Source: a virus
Taxonomy: Duplodnaviria; Caudoviricetes
DNA length: 64,000 nucleotides
Virus record (IMG/VR): IMGVR_UViG_3300027754_000035
Reading direction: 5' to 3' (one strand)
Shown here: piece after piece, positions 1 to 9,239 of the stretch
How the letters are laid out: each line of letters starts with the position of its first letter
Numbering within the stretch: the first letter of the stretch is position 1
Notes under the pieces: model-generated
The model's database searches: none
What the model was told of the DNA's origin: nothing
What the model saw: only the letters and a program-made list of their open reading frames with translations
Translations under genes and position numbers: made by a program

Positions 1-1
1 T

Positions 2-250
2 GATGGTGTTGCAACCACCCACGCAATATTGTATTTATCTAACCGATATCTCGATCATATTTGCAACATCACTTTCAAACAATATCCTCAAAACACCGAC
101 CGATGTCTTGACTATTATATTGCTCAAGAACACAGTAAGTTTAACATTTATGCGTGTCGTAAACCCATGTTTTACCAAAACGACGGCGGCAATGTTTTTT
201 TAACTAGTTATAGTTTACAACAAGTTTATCAAGATAAGTATGGCACGTAG
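2..250 (+). CDS. C-terminal fragment of a glycosyltransferase-like protein (GT25-like), 5' truncated by the window edge
   Basis: Frame is open from base 2 (DGVATTHAILYLS...DYYIAQEHSKFNIYACRKPMFYQ), resembling GT25 C-termini; overlaps the next GT gene. Confidence 0.45.
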   Translation, partial: DGVATTHAILYLSNRYLDHICNITFKQYPQNTDRCLDYYIAQEHSKFNIYACRKPMFYQNDGGNVFLTSYSLQQVYQDKYGT

Positions 251-965
251 AAAATTATTTACATATTGGGAGGGTCCAAAACCTGAGTTCGTAACAATGT
301 GCGAGGAAATTATTGCGCACAGAGTTCAACACACATTTGATTATATACGCCTCACACCAGAAAATTTGTATGAGTACATACCATATGAAGAATTTCCCCC
401 AAATTATCATCTGATCAAAGTAATTGCTCATAAAGCAGACTACTTACGTTGTCTGTTGATGATACACCACGGTGGCATTTGGTTAGATGTAGATCAAATT
501 CTATTGAACGATTTGTCTTGTATCGGTGAGTTGTTGAACACCCACGATTATGTATCTTATGAATGGGCACCACAATGCCCGTCAATAGGGTTTATAGCTG
601 CCAACCCACAAAACATATTTTTTGAACAATGGCGAGATAGTATGCGTGAACAACTGTCGGCTGACTACCAATTTCCATGGGTAGGATTAAGTTATGATCT
701 TATGTGGCCGATGTTGCAGCAGCTATTACGAGAAGATAAACTTAAATATTATGCATTTCCAGCAACAAGTAGTTTTGCACCACTGAGTCATGAACAGTTA
801 GATTGTTATTTTGAACCCAACAATTGCAGCATAAATACTCAAGGATTATACTCAGTAAAATTGTACAATTCTCAATTTCCACAATGGTTCAAAAATGCAT
901 CACGACAAGAGATACTACAAAGAGATTGTTGGATATCACATCTTTTTAGAGAGAATTTACCATAG
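240..965 (+). CDS. DXD-motif glycosyltransferase (GT32 / capsular polysaccharide synthesis family)
   Basis: HKADYLRCLLMIHHGGIWLDVD matches the (K/R)SDxxR...GGIYLDxD signature. Confidence 0.85.
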   Translation: MARRKLFTYWEGPKPEFVTMCEEIIAHRVQHTFDYIRLTPENLYEYIPYEEFPPNYHLIKVIAHKADYLRCLLMIHHGGIWLDVDQILLNDLSCIGELLNTHDYVSYEWAPQCPSIGFIAANPQNIFFEQWRDSMREQLSADYQFPWVGLSYDLMWPMLQQLLREDKLKYYAFPATSSFAPLSHEQLDCYFEPNNCSINTQGLYSVKLYNSQFPQWFKNASRQEILQRDCWISHLFRENLP

Positions 966-983
966 ATCATCATATTTATATTT

Positions 984-1484
984 ATGCCAAACCTTAAAGA
1001 ATTGGGTGATCTAGGTGATAGAATGATGCAAGGACTTCCTTTTGGTCAAGGAGGTGCTGTTAGTGGTACATCAAATCTGGATACATTCAGCAGCCCAGAT
1101 GTTACCCAAGACCCCAGTAAATTCGGTACTTTATCCGACAAAAGTAATCTTACAGCCGCTGATACACAGGCTGCGGTTACTCCATTTGGACCTTTTACTG
1201 GTCAAAATCCATGGGACTATGTTCGTGATGTAGAACAAATTAAGTACAAAGTCACTCCAGATGAAGTTATTACTGGTATGGATTACGAAATGAAAAAGTT
1301 GGTTTTGAAAGATCGTCAGGTTGCCAGAACCAATGTGGTCAAAAATCTAAAGAAAGATCCCAAATACTATAGTAAGTTGCATATGTTGGGAGTATTTCCC
1401 GACGAAAAAGATGAGGCTTTGATGGAAGTGATGGTCACGCTCAAAGCACAAAAATACGCAATCCATAGAAGAGAATACTTCTGA
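984..1484 (+). CDS. Hypothetical protein with a DUF5661-like motif
   Basis: GMDYEM...KNLKKDPKYYSKL parallels GIQIEMEH...DHLTEDPEYYTKL of 2322..3614; TATTTATA lies 3 nt before the ATG. Confidence 0.6.
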   Translation: MPNLKELGDLGDRMMQGLPFGQGGAVSGTSNLDTFSSPDVTQDPSKFGTLSDKSNLTAADTQAAVTPFGPFTGQNPWDYVRDVEQIKYKVTPDEVITGMDYEMKKLVLKDRQVARTNVVKNLKKDPKYYSKLHMLGVFPDEKDEALMEVMVTLKAQKYAIHRREYF

Positions 1485-1485
1485 T

Positions 1486-1689
1486 ATGAGTAATAATTTT
1501 GCAAATAGTCAAAAGCCACAGTACCGTACCCCAAAAAATCTACCAGGTAACTGGGATTATGTGGGTGATGGTAAATTGCACGACCCAACCATAAATAATC
1601 CAGCTATGCATGGTCGTAGATGGATGATTGACTATGGCTACAATAGTGGCAAAACTTATGACAAGTTTGTACAAGGACTAAAGAAGTAG
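1486..1689 (+). CDS. Hypothetical protein (67 aa)
   Basis: Tight operon packing, ATG start. Confidence 0.55.
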   Translation: MSNNFANSQKPQYRTPKNLPGNWDYVGDGKLHDPTINNPAMHGRRWMIDYGYNSGKTYDKFVQGLKK

Positions 1690-1691
1690 TC

Positions 1692-2279
1692 ATGGACTCT
1701 GTAAAAAGCATATTTGAAAACATTTATGTTAATAATGTTTGGGATGGTCCAGAGAGTCGGTCTGGAACTGGATCTAGTTTAGACCAAACACAAAATCTTC
1801 GTAGTTGGCTACCAAAAATAATTGACCGATATCAAATTACATCAATACTCGATGTTCCGTGTGGTGATTATTGGTGGATGCCACATGTTGACCTAAAAGG
1901 TGTACGATATGAAGGATGGGATATTGTGGATGATATTATTGCCCACAATTCTCAAAAATATAAGAATGTTACGTTTCGAGTAAACAACATCATTGAGACT
2001 GTGCCATATGGTTTCGATTTGATATTGTGTCGTGATCTTCTCAGCCATTTGTGTTTCAATGATGCGCTGTGTGCATTGAACAATTTCAAAAACAGTGGTG
2101 CAAAATATTTGATGGCAAATACATATGGGACATCGGATGTTAACATTGATATTGTCACTGGCAAGTGGTTACCAATTAATTTGCTAAAGTCTCCATACAA
2201 TCTACCCCCGTATTTGGATTGCATTGCTGACTGTGCAAATGGTATAAGCGATAAACAGATAGCAATATGGAAGTTGTGA
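1692..2279 (+). CDS. Class I SAM-dependent methyltransferase (small-molecule/glycan type)
   Basis: SGTGS, ILDVPCGD motif I, DLILCRDLLSHL. Confidence 0.85.
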   Translation: MDSVKSIFENIYVNNVWDGPESRSGTGSSLDQTQNLRSWLPKIIDRYQITSILDVPCGDYWWMPHVDLKGVRYEGWDIVDDIIAHNSQKYKNVTFRVNNIIETVPYGFDLILCRDLLSHLCFNDALCALNNFKNSGAKYLMANTYGTSDVNIDIVTGKWLPINLLKSPYNLPPYLDCIADCANGISDKQIAIWKL

Positions 2280-2321
2280 AAGAAATTCACTCGTAATCAA
2301 AATATTGCAATATTTATCTAT

Positions 2322-3614
2322 ATGATCAACAATCTTACCAAAAATATTAAGTTGTCGGGTGGTGTTGGTGACAACACACCAACTGAACAGGTTGATCCAA
2401 ATCAATTGAGTATTGGTATTCAAATCGAAATGGAACATACCAACGATGTCGCTATTGCGCAAGAAATAGCCATGGACCATTTGACCGAAGACCCCGAATA
2501 CTATACCAAGTTGGTGAAGGCTGGTTTGGCAAAAGAATTTCAACCATCAACAAATAGTGGTTTTGGTGATCCAGATCAAAGCTTCAATGATGCTGCTCGT
2601 CTTGGCAAGTCTGTAACCGCAGGCCCTGGTAACAACATTGTTGGAACCATTGGCGGTACGCCAGATGGACACACAGATGGTCGCAACAGCGAACCGTTGG
2701 TCAATAAAACTATTGACATTGAATTGGAATCCAAGAAATCTAAGAAGAAATCTGTGCCGAACAACTCCAAATTGTGGAGTAGAGCAAAGGCATTAGCCAA
2801 AGCCAAGTTTGATGTATATCCATCAGCTTATGCAAATGCTTGGGTATCCAAGTGGTACGAACAACAAGGTGGTGACTGGCATATGAGTGAAATTGATGAT
2901 AGACTCAACAGAAATCCTATACAAGTTTTCGACGGTCCTGATCCCGCTGAAGTCAGTCCTGAAGGATCTGGTACTTTTGGTAGTGGATATGATTTTGTCG
3001 GATATGCAGAAAACAAGACTAATTCTATGAAACAACAAAAACTCAAGGAAATTATCAGACGCCTTGCCCTACAATATTTGAGGGAGCAAGAAGAAGTTGG
3101 TGCCACCGCTGCACCAGAAACCGAAACCCCAGATGTAGCCGCACCAGAGGCACCAGAGGCACCAGAGGCAAGTTCCGGTGAATCTGTCACTTTGACATTG
3201 GATCGTGACACTGCACAAAAATTACATGATTTGTTGATGCAACAATTGCAATCTGGCGAAAGCACACCACCAGTGGATGATGCCGACAGCGAAGTTGAAA
3301 CTGGCGGAAGTCAGACGGTTCAAACTCCAGGCTCGGGTGCTCCATTTGGTAGCGATGAGGGTTCAGATGAAACCGCAATCGGTGAAATCACACATGAAGA
3401 ATCCAAGGATATCGATGAAGCCAAGAAGAAATGGATTCAAAAGGCAATTCATAAGAGCAAAGAAGGTGCATTGCACAAGCAATTGGATGTACCACAAGGA
3501 GAAAAGATTCCAGTAGCCAAACTCGCAGCAGCAGCAAAAAAGGGTGGCAAGTTGGGTCAACGTGCTAGATTGGCACAAACCTTGAGCAAGCTGAAAAAGA
3601 AGAAGAATAAATAA
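2322..3614 (+). CDS. Modular, probably virion-associated protein: DUF5661-like domain, WSRAK...YPSAYANAW domain, acidic linker, basic C-terminal KKWIQKAI...RARLAQTL domain
   Basis: Small modules recurrent in large phages; TATTTAT motif upstream. Confidence 0.65.
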   Translation: MINNLTKNIKLSGGVGDNTPTEQVDPNQLSIGIQIEMEHTNDVAIAQEIAMDHLTEDPEYYTKLVKAGLAKEFQPSTNSGFGDPDQSFNDAARLGKSVTAGPGNNIVGTIGGTPDGHTDGRNSEPLVNKTIDIELESKKSKKKSVPNNSKLWSRAKALAKAKFDVYPSAYANAWVSKWYEQQGGDWHMSEIDDRLNRNPIQVFDGPDPAEVSPEGSGTFGSGYDFVGYAENKTNSMKQQKLKEIIRRLALQYLREQEEVGATAAPETETPDVAAPEAPEAPEASSGESVTLTLDRDTAQKLHDLLMQQLQSGESTPPVDDADSEVETGGSQTVQTPGSGAPFGSDEGSDETAIGEITHEESKDIDEAKKKWIQKAIHKSKEGALHKQLDVPQGEKIPVAKLAAAAKKGGKLGQRARLAQTLSKLKKKKNK

Positions 3615-3653
3615 TCCAGTATCTTGACCGCCGCATATCCGATCAAAATAGGG

Positions 3654-3688
3654 ATCTCCGAGCAGATGTTGATCATCTGCTCGGAGAT
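3654..3688 (+). terminator. Perfect 15-bp hairpin after 2322..3614, probable terminator
   Basis: ATCTCCGAGCAGATG-ttgat-CATCTGCTCGGAGAT followed by TTTAACTT. Confidence 0.6.
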
Positions 3689-3723
3689 TTAACTTAAAAA
3701 CATTTTATTTGAGTCTCAAAAAT

Positions 3724-4722
3724 ATGAACGAAATAAGCACAATGCCTGGGTATGCTAAATGGTATGACATGGCGAATAAAATAATTCCAAAGCTGCAAAA
3801 AATTAAAGCTGTTGGTAAAGCTAAAACCGCCGCAAAAGATATTGTAACGCAGAGTGCAGTCACCAATATTCTGGTTGCGATTGGTAAAACTGCACCAAAA
3901 ATTTCTAAACAGTTGGAAGATTTGTTGAAGTATACGTTCACTCACCAAGATTTAACTAAGTTACACCAAAACGGTCGCATAGACCTCCAGATTTGGAGAG
4001 ATCCATCCTACGACGGTGTTCTCAATAACAAAGAAGTTGAGGAGGCACTAGCTATGAGCGAAGGCTGGAAGGATTGGGTAGCTGCTGGTGCAATTGGTTT
4101 GGGAGCATTGGCTGGTAACGACGTTCAAGCTTCCAAGCTTAAACCCACAGCACCAATTGCGCATTCCACTGTAAAAAGTAGTGATGTATCGTTGTTGAAT
4201 CACAAAACCAGCGACTATGTTGGTCACTGGGAAGGTAAGAAACACTCGGTATACAAAGATAGTAACAATTTGGATACGATTGGTATTGGCCATTATATGA
4301 ACAATACTGCTCAAGATCGTCAATTATTTACCACACTGTTTGGTGATAAAGTAAACTACGACGATCTGTTGAGTGGCAAACAAAAACTCAGCGACGAGCA
4401 GATTGATAAATTGTTTAATGTTGATGTAAAAATCAAAGAGAAATTGGCCAGCAAGAAAATTAACAATTTTGGTAGTCTACCAACCAATGTTAAAAATGCT
4501 ATTATCAATGCTTTTTACAGAGGTGATATTGGACCCAAAACAATTGGGTTTATGAATGCTGGTAAATGGGGATCTGCCGCAAAAGAATATTTGAATCACC
4601 CCAATGCAAAAAGTGGCCCTGACCAAATTCAACGCAGAATGCGTACCAATGCTTTGGCACTTGCTCAATTTGCACAAAATCAAAAAGAGTATATAACGCA
4701 GAGTGATTACGTAATCGGATAA
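3724..4722 (+). CDS. T4-type (GH24) lysozyme with N-terminal extension, probably virion-associated
   Basis: WEGKKHSVYKDSNNLDTIGIGH gives E-x8-D-x5-T spacing as in T4L E11/D20/T26; ORF track starts at TTG 3709. Confidence 0.8.
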   Translation: MNEISTMPGYAKWYDMANKIIPKLQKIKAVGKAKTAAKDIVTQSAVTNILVAIGKTAPKISKQLEDLLKYTFTHQDLTKLHQNGRIDLQIWRDPSYDGVLNNKEVEEALAMSEGWKDWVAAGAIGLGALAGNDVQASKLKPTAPIAHSTVKSSDVSLLNHKTSDYVGHWEGKKHSVYKDSNNLDTIGIGHYMNNTAQDRQLFTTLFGDKVNYDDLLSGKQKLSDEQIDKLFNVDVKIKEKLASKKINNFGSLPTNVKNAIINAFYRGDIGPKTIGFMNAGKWGSAAKEYLNHPNAKSGPDQIQRRMRTNALALAQFAQNQKEYITQSDYVIG

Positions 4723-4724
4723 AT

Positions 4725-5093
4725 ATGAACGATTGGTCCACAATTGATTTGGGTCATCTTCAAACAATGACTCAAATGTCGGCACTACAATCTGGTGCTG
4801 GTATACGCCACCAAGCTGCACAAATCGACACAGATGGGTTTGATCCCTACGAAGTCATGCTGCGGCGTAAAAAACGTCAAGAAGACCCACAAGCGTTCCA
4901 AGAACCGGTGGTACAACAACATCATACCCAAGACATTGTTGCGCTTGAAGAGTTTTGCCAACAACATGGCATTCTTGGATTTAACTGTGGCACCATGAGT
5001 CCCCGAGCAGCATTACAATTTTTGAAATCAAAAATGGGTATACGAGAAGAACCCAAAGTTACAAACCTAAATAAAAGTGTATTATATGGATAA
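4725..5093 (+). CDS. Hypothetical protein
   Basis: Operon packing. Confidence 0.6.
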   Translation: MNDWSTIDLGHLQTMTQMSALQSGAGIRHQAAQIDTDGFDPYEVMLRRKKRQEDPQAFQEPVVQQHHTQDIVALEEFCQQHGILGFNCGTMSPRAALQFLKSKMGIREEPKVTNLNKSVLYG

Positions 5094-5754
5094 TTCAATT
5101 GATGCGTTGGCCTGTGAACATAATTTCATCACCGATAAAACGGTGCATGGTCACAACTACAACAAAACATATTGTCGTTATTTTGATCAATTGCGCAATA
5201 ATCCTGTTAAGCTACTAGAGATTGGAGTATCAGCGGGTCACTCAGTGCAAGTATGGACAAAATATTTTGCCAATGGAACTGTTGTTGGATTTGATCAAGA
5301 TATTCGCATCAATCAATATGGTGCAACTGACAGACTTACTTTGATTCAAGGTGATCAACAAGACTCTGAATTATTGACAAAAATTAGCAACGAACATGGC
5401 CCATTTGATATTATCATTGACGATGGTAGTCATATTGATGCTATTACAAAAAAGTCTTTTGACACACTATTTCCGTTGTTGGCACCCGGCGGTCTTTATA
5501 TTGTAGAAGATCTACACACGTCGTATCAACCAATTGTGCATGGTATACCAAATAGTTGTGTGTTTATTGATCACGTTAAAGAATTGATTGATTGTGTAAA
5601 CTCACACGGTTGTTGTAGTTCTGGTGATATGTTGCGATGCACACACACCAATCCAGAGTCTCAGTATTGTTCACACGACAAAATGCAAAAAATGGACAAA
5701 CTCATAGAATTTGTCCATGCTTACAAGAATCTTGTGTTTATTAAAAAGTATTGA
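5086..5754 (+). CDS. Class I SAM-dependent O-methyltransferase (sugar O-methyltransferase-like, MycE/TylE-type core)
   Basis: HGHNY..TY..YF, LLEIGV, GPFDIIIDDGSH, LAPGGLYIVEDLHTSY. Confidence 0.85.
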   Translation: MDNSIDALACEHNFITDKTVHGHNYNKTYCRYFDQLRNNPVKLLEIGVSAGHSVQVWTKYFANGTVVGFDQDIRINQYGATDRLTLIQGDQQDSELLTKISNEHGPFDIIIDDGSHIDAITKKSFDTLFPLLAPGGLYIVEDLHTSYQPIVHGIPNSCVFIDHVKELIDCVNSHGCCSSGDMLRCTHTNPESQYCSHDKMQKMDKLIEFVHAYKNLVFIKKY

Positions 5755-5755
5755 T

Positions 5756-6031
5756 TTATGCTGGATCAATAATGGTGATCTTGTTGCGACGCAACTCACT
5801 GGGCAACAATTCTTGTAGTGGTTCTAAACAATTAACACAGTATGGAACATTGATGGGTACCAATCCATCTTTGTCGGTGCCAGCCAAAATTTTGCTGACT
5901 TTTCTAAACATAACACCGTTTTGAAACACTGAGTTTTTACACTCCGGGCATTCAACAGAAGTTGTGTCCTTGATGCCAAAGTTTTGCTTGGTGGGTGGCA
6001 TATTCATGCCTTCGATTTTGTTGTTAAACAT
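5756..6031 (-). CDS. Small Zn-ribbon protein
   Basis: CPECKN and CVNC pairs. Confidence 0.6.
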   Translation of the reverse strand: MFNNKIEGMNMPPTKQNFGIKDTTSVECPECKNSVFQNGVMFRKVSKILAGTDKDGLVPINVPYCVNCLEPLQELLPSELRRNKITIIDPA

Positions 6032-6034
6032 AAT

Positions 6035-6436
6035 TTATTTTATTACTTTTCTTTTTTTGTAATCTTCCAATGCTGCATTAAGTGCCTCTGTGGCCAAAAC
6101 TGAACAATGAATTTTTACTGGGGGGAGGCCGCCCAACGCAGTAACAATATCATCATTGTTAAAATTTTTCTGAAGTTCTTCTATAGTTCTGCCTTTTATT
6201 AGTTCTGTAGCCATAGATGAAGCAGCAATTGCACTACCACAACCAAAAGTTTTGAAGCGGGCGTCAGTAATTGTTCCGGTACTTTCATCAATCTTAAGAC
6301 TGATTTTCATGATATCACCACAGGCTGCGGCACCTACTTCACCAACTGCATCAGCATCTTTCACATCACCCATATTACGTGGGTTAATAAAATGATCCAT
6401 TACCGTTTCGTTGTATAGTGTATAGCTTTCGATCAT
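6035..6436 (-). CDS. iscU: Fe-S cluster scaffold IscU/NifU-N
   Basis: HFINPRNMG, ACGD, FKTFGCGSAIAASS, LPPVKIHCS; all three Cys ligands present. Confidence 0.92.
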   Translation of the reverse strand: MIESYTLYNETVMDHFINPRNMGDVKDADAVGEVGAAACGDIMKISLKIDESTGTITDARFKTFGCGSAIAASSMATELIKGRTIEELQKNFNNDDIVTALGGLPPVKIHCSVLATEALNAALEDYKKRKVIK

Positions 6437-6446
6437 ATACCTATAA

Positions 6447-7586
6447 TTATACGGTCAAACCCAATAAACTCAAGTCATTTCTAATCATCTTTTCTACCAA
6501 CTGATTAAATGATGTCTTTGGTGACCATTGTAATTCTTGTCTGGCCAAGTTACTATTTCCCAACAATAGATCCACTTCGGCCGGGCGATAGAACTTGGGA
6601 TTGATCCGTATCAATACACTCGACGCAGCATCATACTTGTCAACGTCGGTCGGTGTGATACTAAACTCTTCTGATGTTCCATTACCATGCCAACAACCTT
6701 CAATACCCGCATACTTGAACGCAAGTTCCACAAACTCCTTGATGGTGTGAGTTTCATTACTACTCAACACATATTCTTGAAGCTTCATATTGCTGTCAAT
6801 GTCAACACGATACTTTTCTTGATTCAACATACGCCAAATACCATCAACGAAGTCTTCGGCATCACTCCAATCACGTTTGGCATATACGTTGCCAAGTTCA
6901 ATTGCCTCAAATGTCTTGCCATTGACCAAAGCCTGCTTGATACGAGCAATACCCTTGGTGATCTTACGAGTAACAAACTCTTCACCACGACGAGTTCCTT
7001 CATGATTAAACAACAGACCTTGCACGGCATACATATTGTAACTCTCTCTGTATACCTTTACCAACTGGCGAGCAGCACTCTTGCTTGCACCATAGGGACT
7101 GCGTGGTCGTGCTGGATGATTTTCATCTTGTGGTGTATAAGCAACATTACCATATTCTTCAGACGAGCCAGCGTTATAGAACCTACATGTTGGATTATGT
7201 TGACGAATAGCTTCTAGGATATGAATGATACCAGTTGTATTGCATTCCCAAGTCTGGGCTGGAAAGTCCCAACTTGATCCAACAAATGTTTGTGCAGCTA
7301 GGTTGATAAAATAGTCAGGCTTGATTTGTTCAATTGTTTTTGAGATACTATGCGCATCACTCAGATCAAAATTAATCAACTTGAAACGACTTTCATTTTC
7401 AAGATGGCGTAGATTTTCATGATTCTTAATACTTAAGCGTCTGGCTCCGCCAAAGATAGTGTAATCGGTGTTTTTAAGCAAGTAGTCAACCATGTGGCTA
7501 CCATCTTGACCGGTTACACCGGTAACAAATACGGTCTTTTTGTTATTCATAAATTGCTTTGAATCTGAAATGTTGTATATTTCCAT
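6447..7586 (-). CDS. gmd: GDP-mannose 4,6-dehydratase
   Basis: VTGVTGQDGS, NLAAQTFV, SSEEYG, SPYGASK, LFNHEG, RDWSDAEDFV, FYRPAEVDLLLG; alternative ATG at 7550. Confidence 0.95.
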   Translation of the reverse strand: MEIYNISDSKQFMNNKKTVFVTGVTGQDGSHMVDYLLKNTDYTIFGGARRLSIKNHENLRHLENESRFKLINFDLSDAHSISKTIEQIKPDYFINLAAQTFVGSSWDFPAQTWECNTTGIIHILEAIRQHNPTCRFYNAGSSEEYGNVAYTPQDENHPARPRSPYGASKSAARQLVKVYRESYNMYAVQGLLFNHEGTRRGEEFVTRKITKGIARIKQALVNGKTFEAIELGNVYAKRDWSDAEDFVDGIWRMLNQEKYRVDIDSNMKLQEYVLSSNETHTIKEFVELAFKYAGIEGCWHGNGTSEEFSITPTDVDKYDAASSVLIRINPKFYRPAEVDLLLGNSNLARQELQWSPKTSFNQLVEKMIRNDLSLLGLTV

Positions 7587-7597
7587 AAATTAGTGTG

Positions 7598-8119
7598 TTA
7601 TATATCGTCTTCGTCTTCGTCTTCGTCTTCGTCTTCGTCTTCGTCTTCGTCTTCGTCGTCTTCATCATCATTTACATAGTCTTGATTAGTAAGAGATGTT
7701 AATTTATATTTTTTGATGAACGACTTTACATCTATGTCGGTGATATTATTCTCCATCAATAATATCTGAATCAGTATCAAAGTCAATTCTTTATTTAGCT
7801 TTTCTTTTCGAATTATTTTATCGAATACCATGGCTATACCCACGAGCATTTGCTTGGTTTTTATTGGTATGTTTTTGAATTTATCTGGTTGTGCGTGTGG
7901 CTTATTGGTAACCAGACCTGGGATGACTGAGACATGAATAGAGTTGCGCATTTGCAACACAACCATCTGCCGCAATTTTTCTTCCATTTCAGTTTGATCT
8001 TTACATGTCTTTTTAAGCTCTTTACGCAATTTGCGAATGTCGGTTTGTTTGACACGTTTGGCGATATTAAATGCGGTTAACACTCCATGCTTTGCCAATA
8101 GATGTTGAAATATTTCCAT
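7598..8119 (-). CDS. Hypothetical protein, Lys-rich body with acidic DE tail
   Basis: ATG immediately after the upstream stop; C-terminal (DE)n. Confidence 0.65.
   Translation of the reverse strand: MEIFQHLLAKHGVLTAFNIAKRVKQTDIRKLRKELKKTCKDQTEMEEKLRQMVVLQMRNSIHVSVIPGLVTNKPHAQPDKFKNIPIKTKQMLVGIAMVFDKIIRKEKLNKELTLILIQILLMENNITDIDVKSFIKKYKLTSLTNQDYVNDDEDDEDEDEDEDEDEDEDEDDI
7607..7668 (-). repeat. Hexanucleotide microsatellite (TCTTCG)n encoding (Asp-Glu)n
   Basis: About 8-9 tandem tcttcg units visible. Confidence 0.9.
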
Positions 8120-8120
8120 A

Positions 8121-8882
8121 CTAAAACCTTTGTTGCAATATTTTTTTGCTGCCTTGCATTGTATCTGGATCAAAAAACTTTGGCCCTCGACTGATGTATC
8201 CTTTACCCACTGTGAATGTACAGTTGAAACACAACAGTCTCATATTTTCCAATTTATGGTTTTTATTATTACCATCTTCAAAATTAAGCAATAGTGGTAG
8301 TTTACCATCTGTTATTCTGCGTTCACTGTATCCACACTGTTCACATTCTGGTTTTTTGGTGCCGGATCGAATCAGTTTGTCCTTGAGGCGATGAACCGGA
8401 AATTCTGGGTACATACCTTGGATGATATCATTGAGTGGATATCTGCCTTTTTGTGGATCAATTGGTCCTCGACCTTTTTCAAGATCGGATTTCTTCATGA
8501 TAGGCCAACCAGGTGTTCTATGGACACCATATAGCTTGGCGTATTTTTTGAAAGTGGGATAGCAGACACCCAATCTTTTGGCTGCTTTGCGAGCACTGGT
8601 ACATTTGTCCAATGCTTCTTGTACTTCATGTTGCATCAAGGGCTTGTTTTTTGACCCATGATTTTCACGTTTTGGGTATAATGTATCGCTGAACTCTTTA
8701 TCTAGGTGTGGTATTTCCACACCACGCTCACGCAACATCTTGTATTGTTCCAACTCCTTGTTAACTTCACTACCAATATCACTGAGACTATACAGCTTTT
8801 CTACTTTGGCTTTCAACTCATCCAACTCTGCCAATTTTTTGGTGATTTCTGCGATATTAAATTTTTCAATATTGTTGTCCAT
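8121..8882 (-). CDS. HTH plus degenerate HNH/Zn-finger protein
   Basis: SARKAAKRLGVCYPTFKKYAK (HTH); CEQC...LNFEDGNNKNHKLENMRLLCFNC. Confidence 0.65.
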   Translation of the reverse strand: MDNNIEKFNIAEITKKLAELDELKAKVEKLYSLSDIGSEVNKELEQYKMLRERGVEIPHLDKEFSDTLYPKRENHGSKNKPLMQHEVQEALDKCTSARKAAKRLGVCYPTFKKYAKLYGVHRTPGWPIMKKSDLEKGRGPIDPQKGRYPLNDIIQGMYPEFPVHRLKDKLIRSGTKKPECEQCGYSERRITDGKLPLLLNFEDGNNKNHKLENMRLLCFNCTFTVGKGYISRGPKFFDPDTMQGSKKILQQRF

Positions 8883-8885
8883 AAA

Positions 8886-9239
8886 TTATCGTTTCAGAGA
8901 AGCGGACATGGGTTCCGAGGCAAGATCTATTTCAACATTTTTCATAAATGTTGATCGCAAATAATTGGCACGTTGTTGCATTCCAGCATTGAGCAATATC
9001 TTATAGGTGTTGATATAACGTTCTTTACTTGTAGGTTTATCCATATGTTTACACATCATGGCGGGATTCACCAACATATCTTCATAAGCAGCCATTTGTT
9101 TTACTCTAATTTCAATAGCTCTTGTACACGCTTCAATGTACCCATCGTCAAAAATATCGTTTTCAACTTGAACAACTGAATACCAGTCTCCGGTCAATAC
9201 TTTATAGGTATCGATGTTAGGGTTTTTCTTTTCGGGCAT
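8886..9239 (-). CDS. Hypothetical protein, distant paralog of 17785..18267
   Basis: IEACTRAIE versus IEAATRCVE. Confidence 0.6.
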   Translation of the reverse strand: MPEKKNPNIDTYKVLTGDWYSVVQVENDIFDDGYIEACTRAIEIRVKQMAAYEDMLVNPAMMCKHMDKPTSKERYINTYKILLNAGMQQRANYLRSTFMKNVEIDLASEPMSASLKR

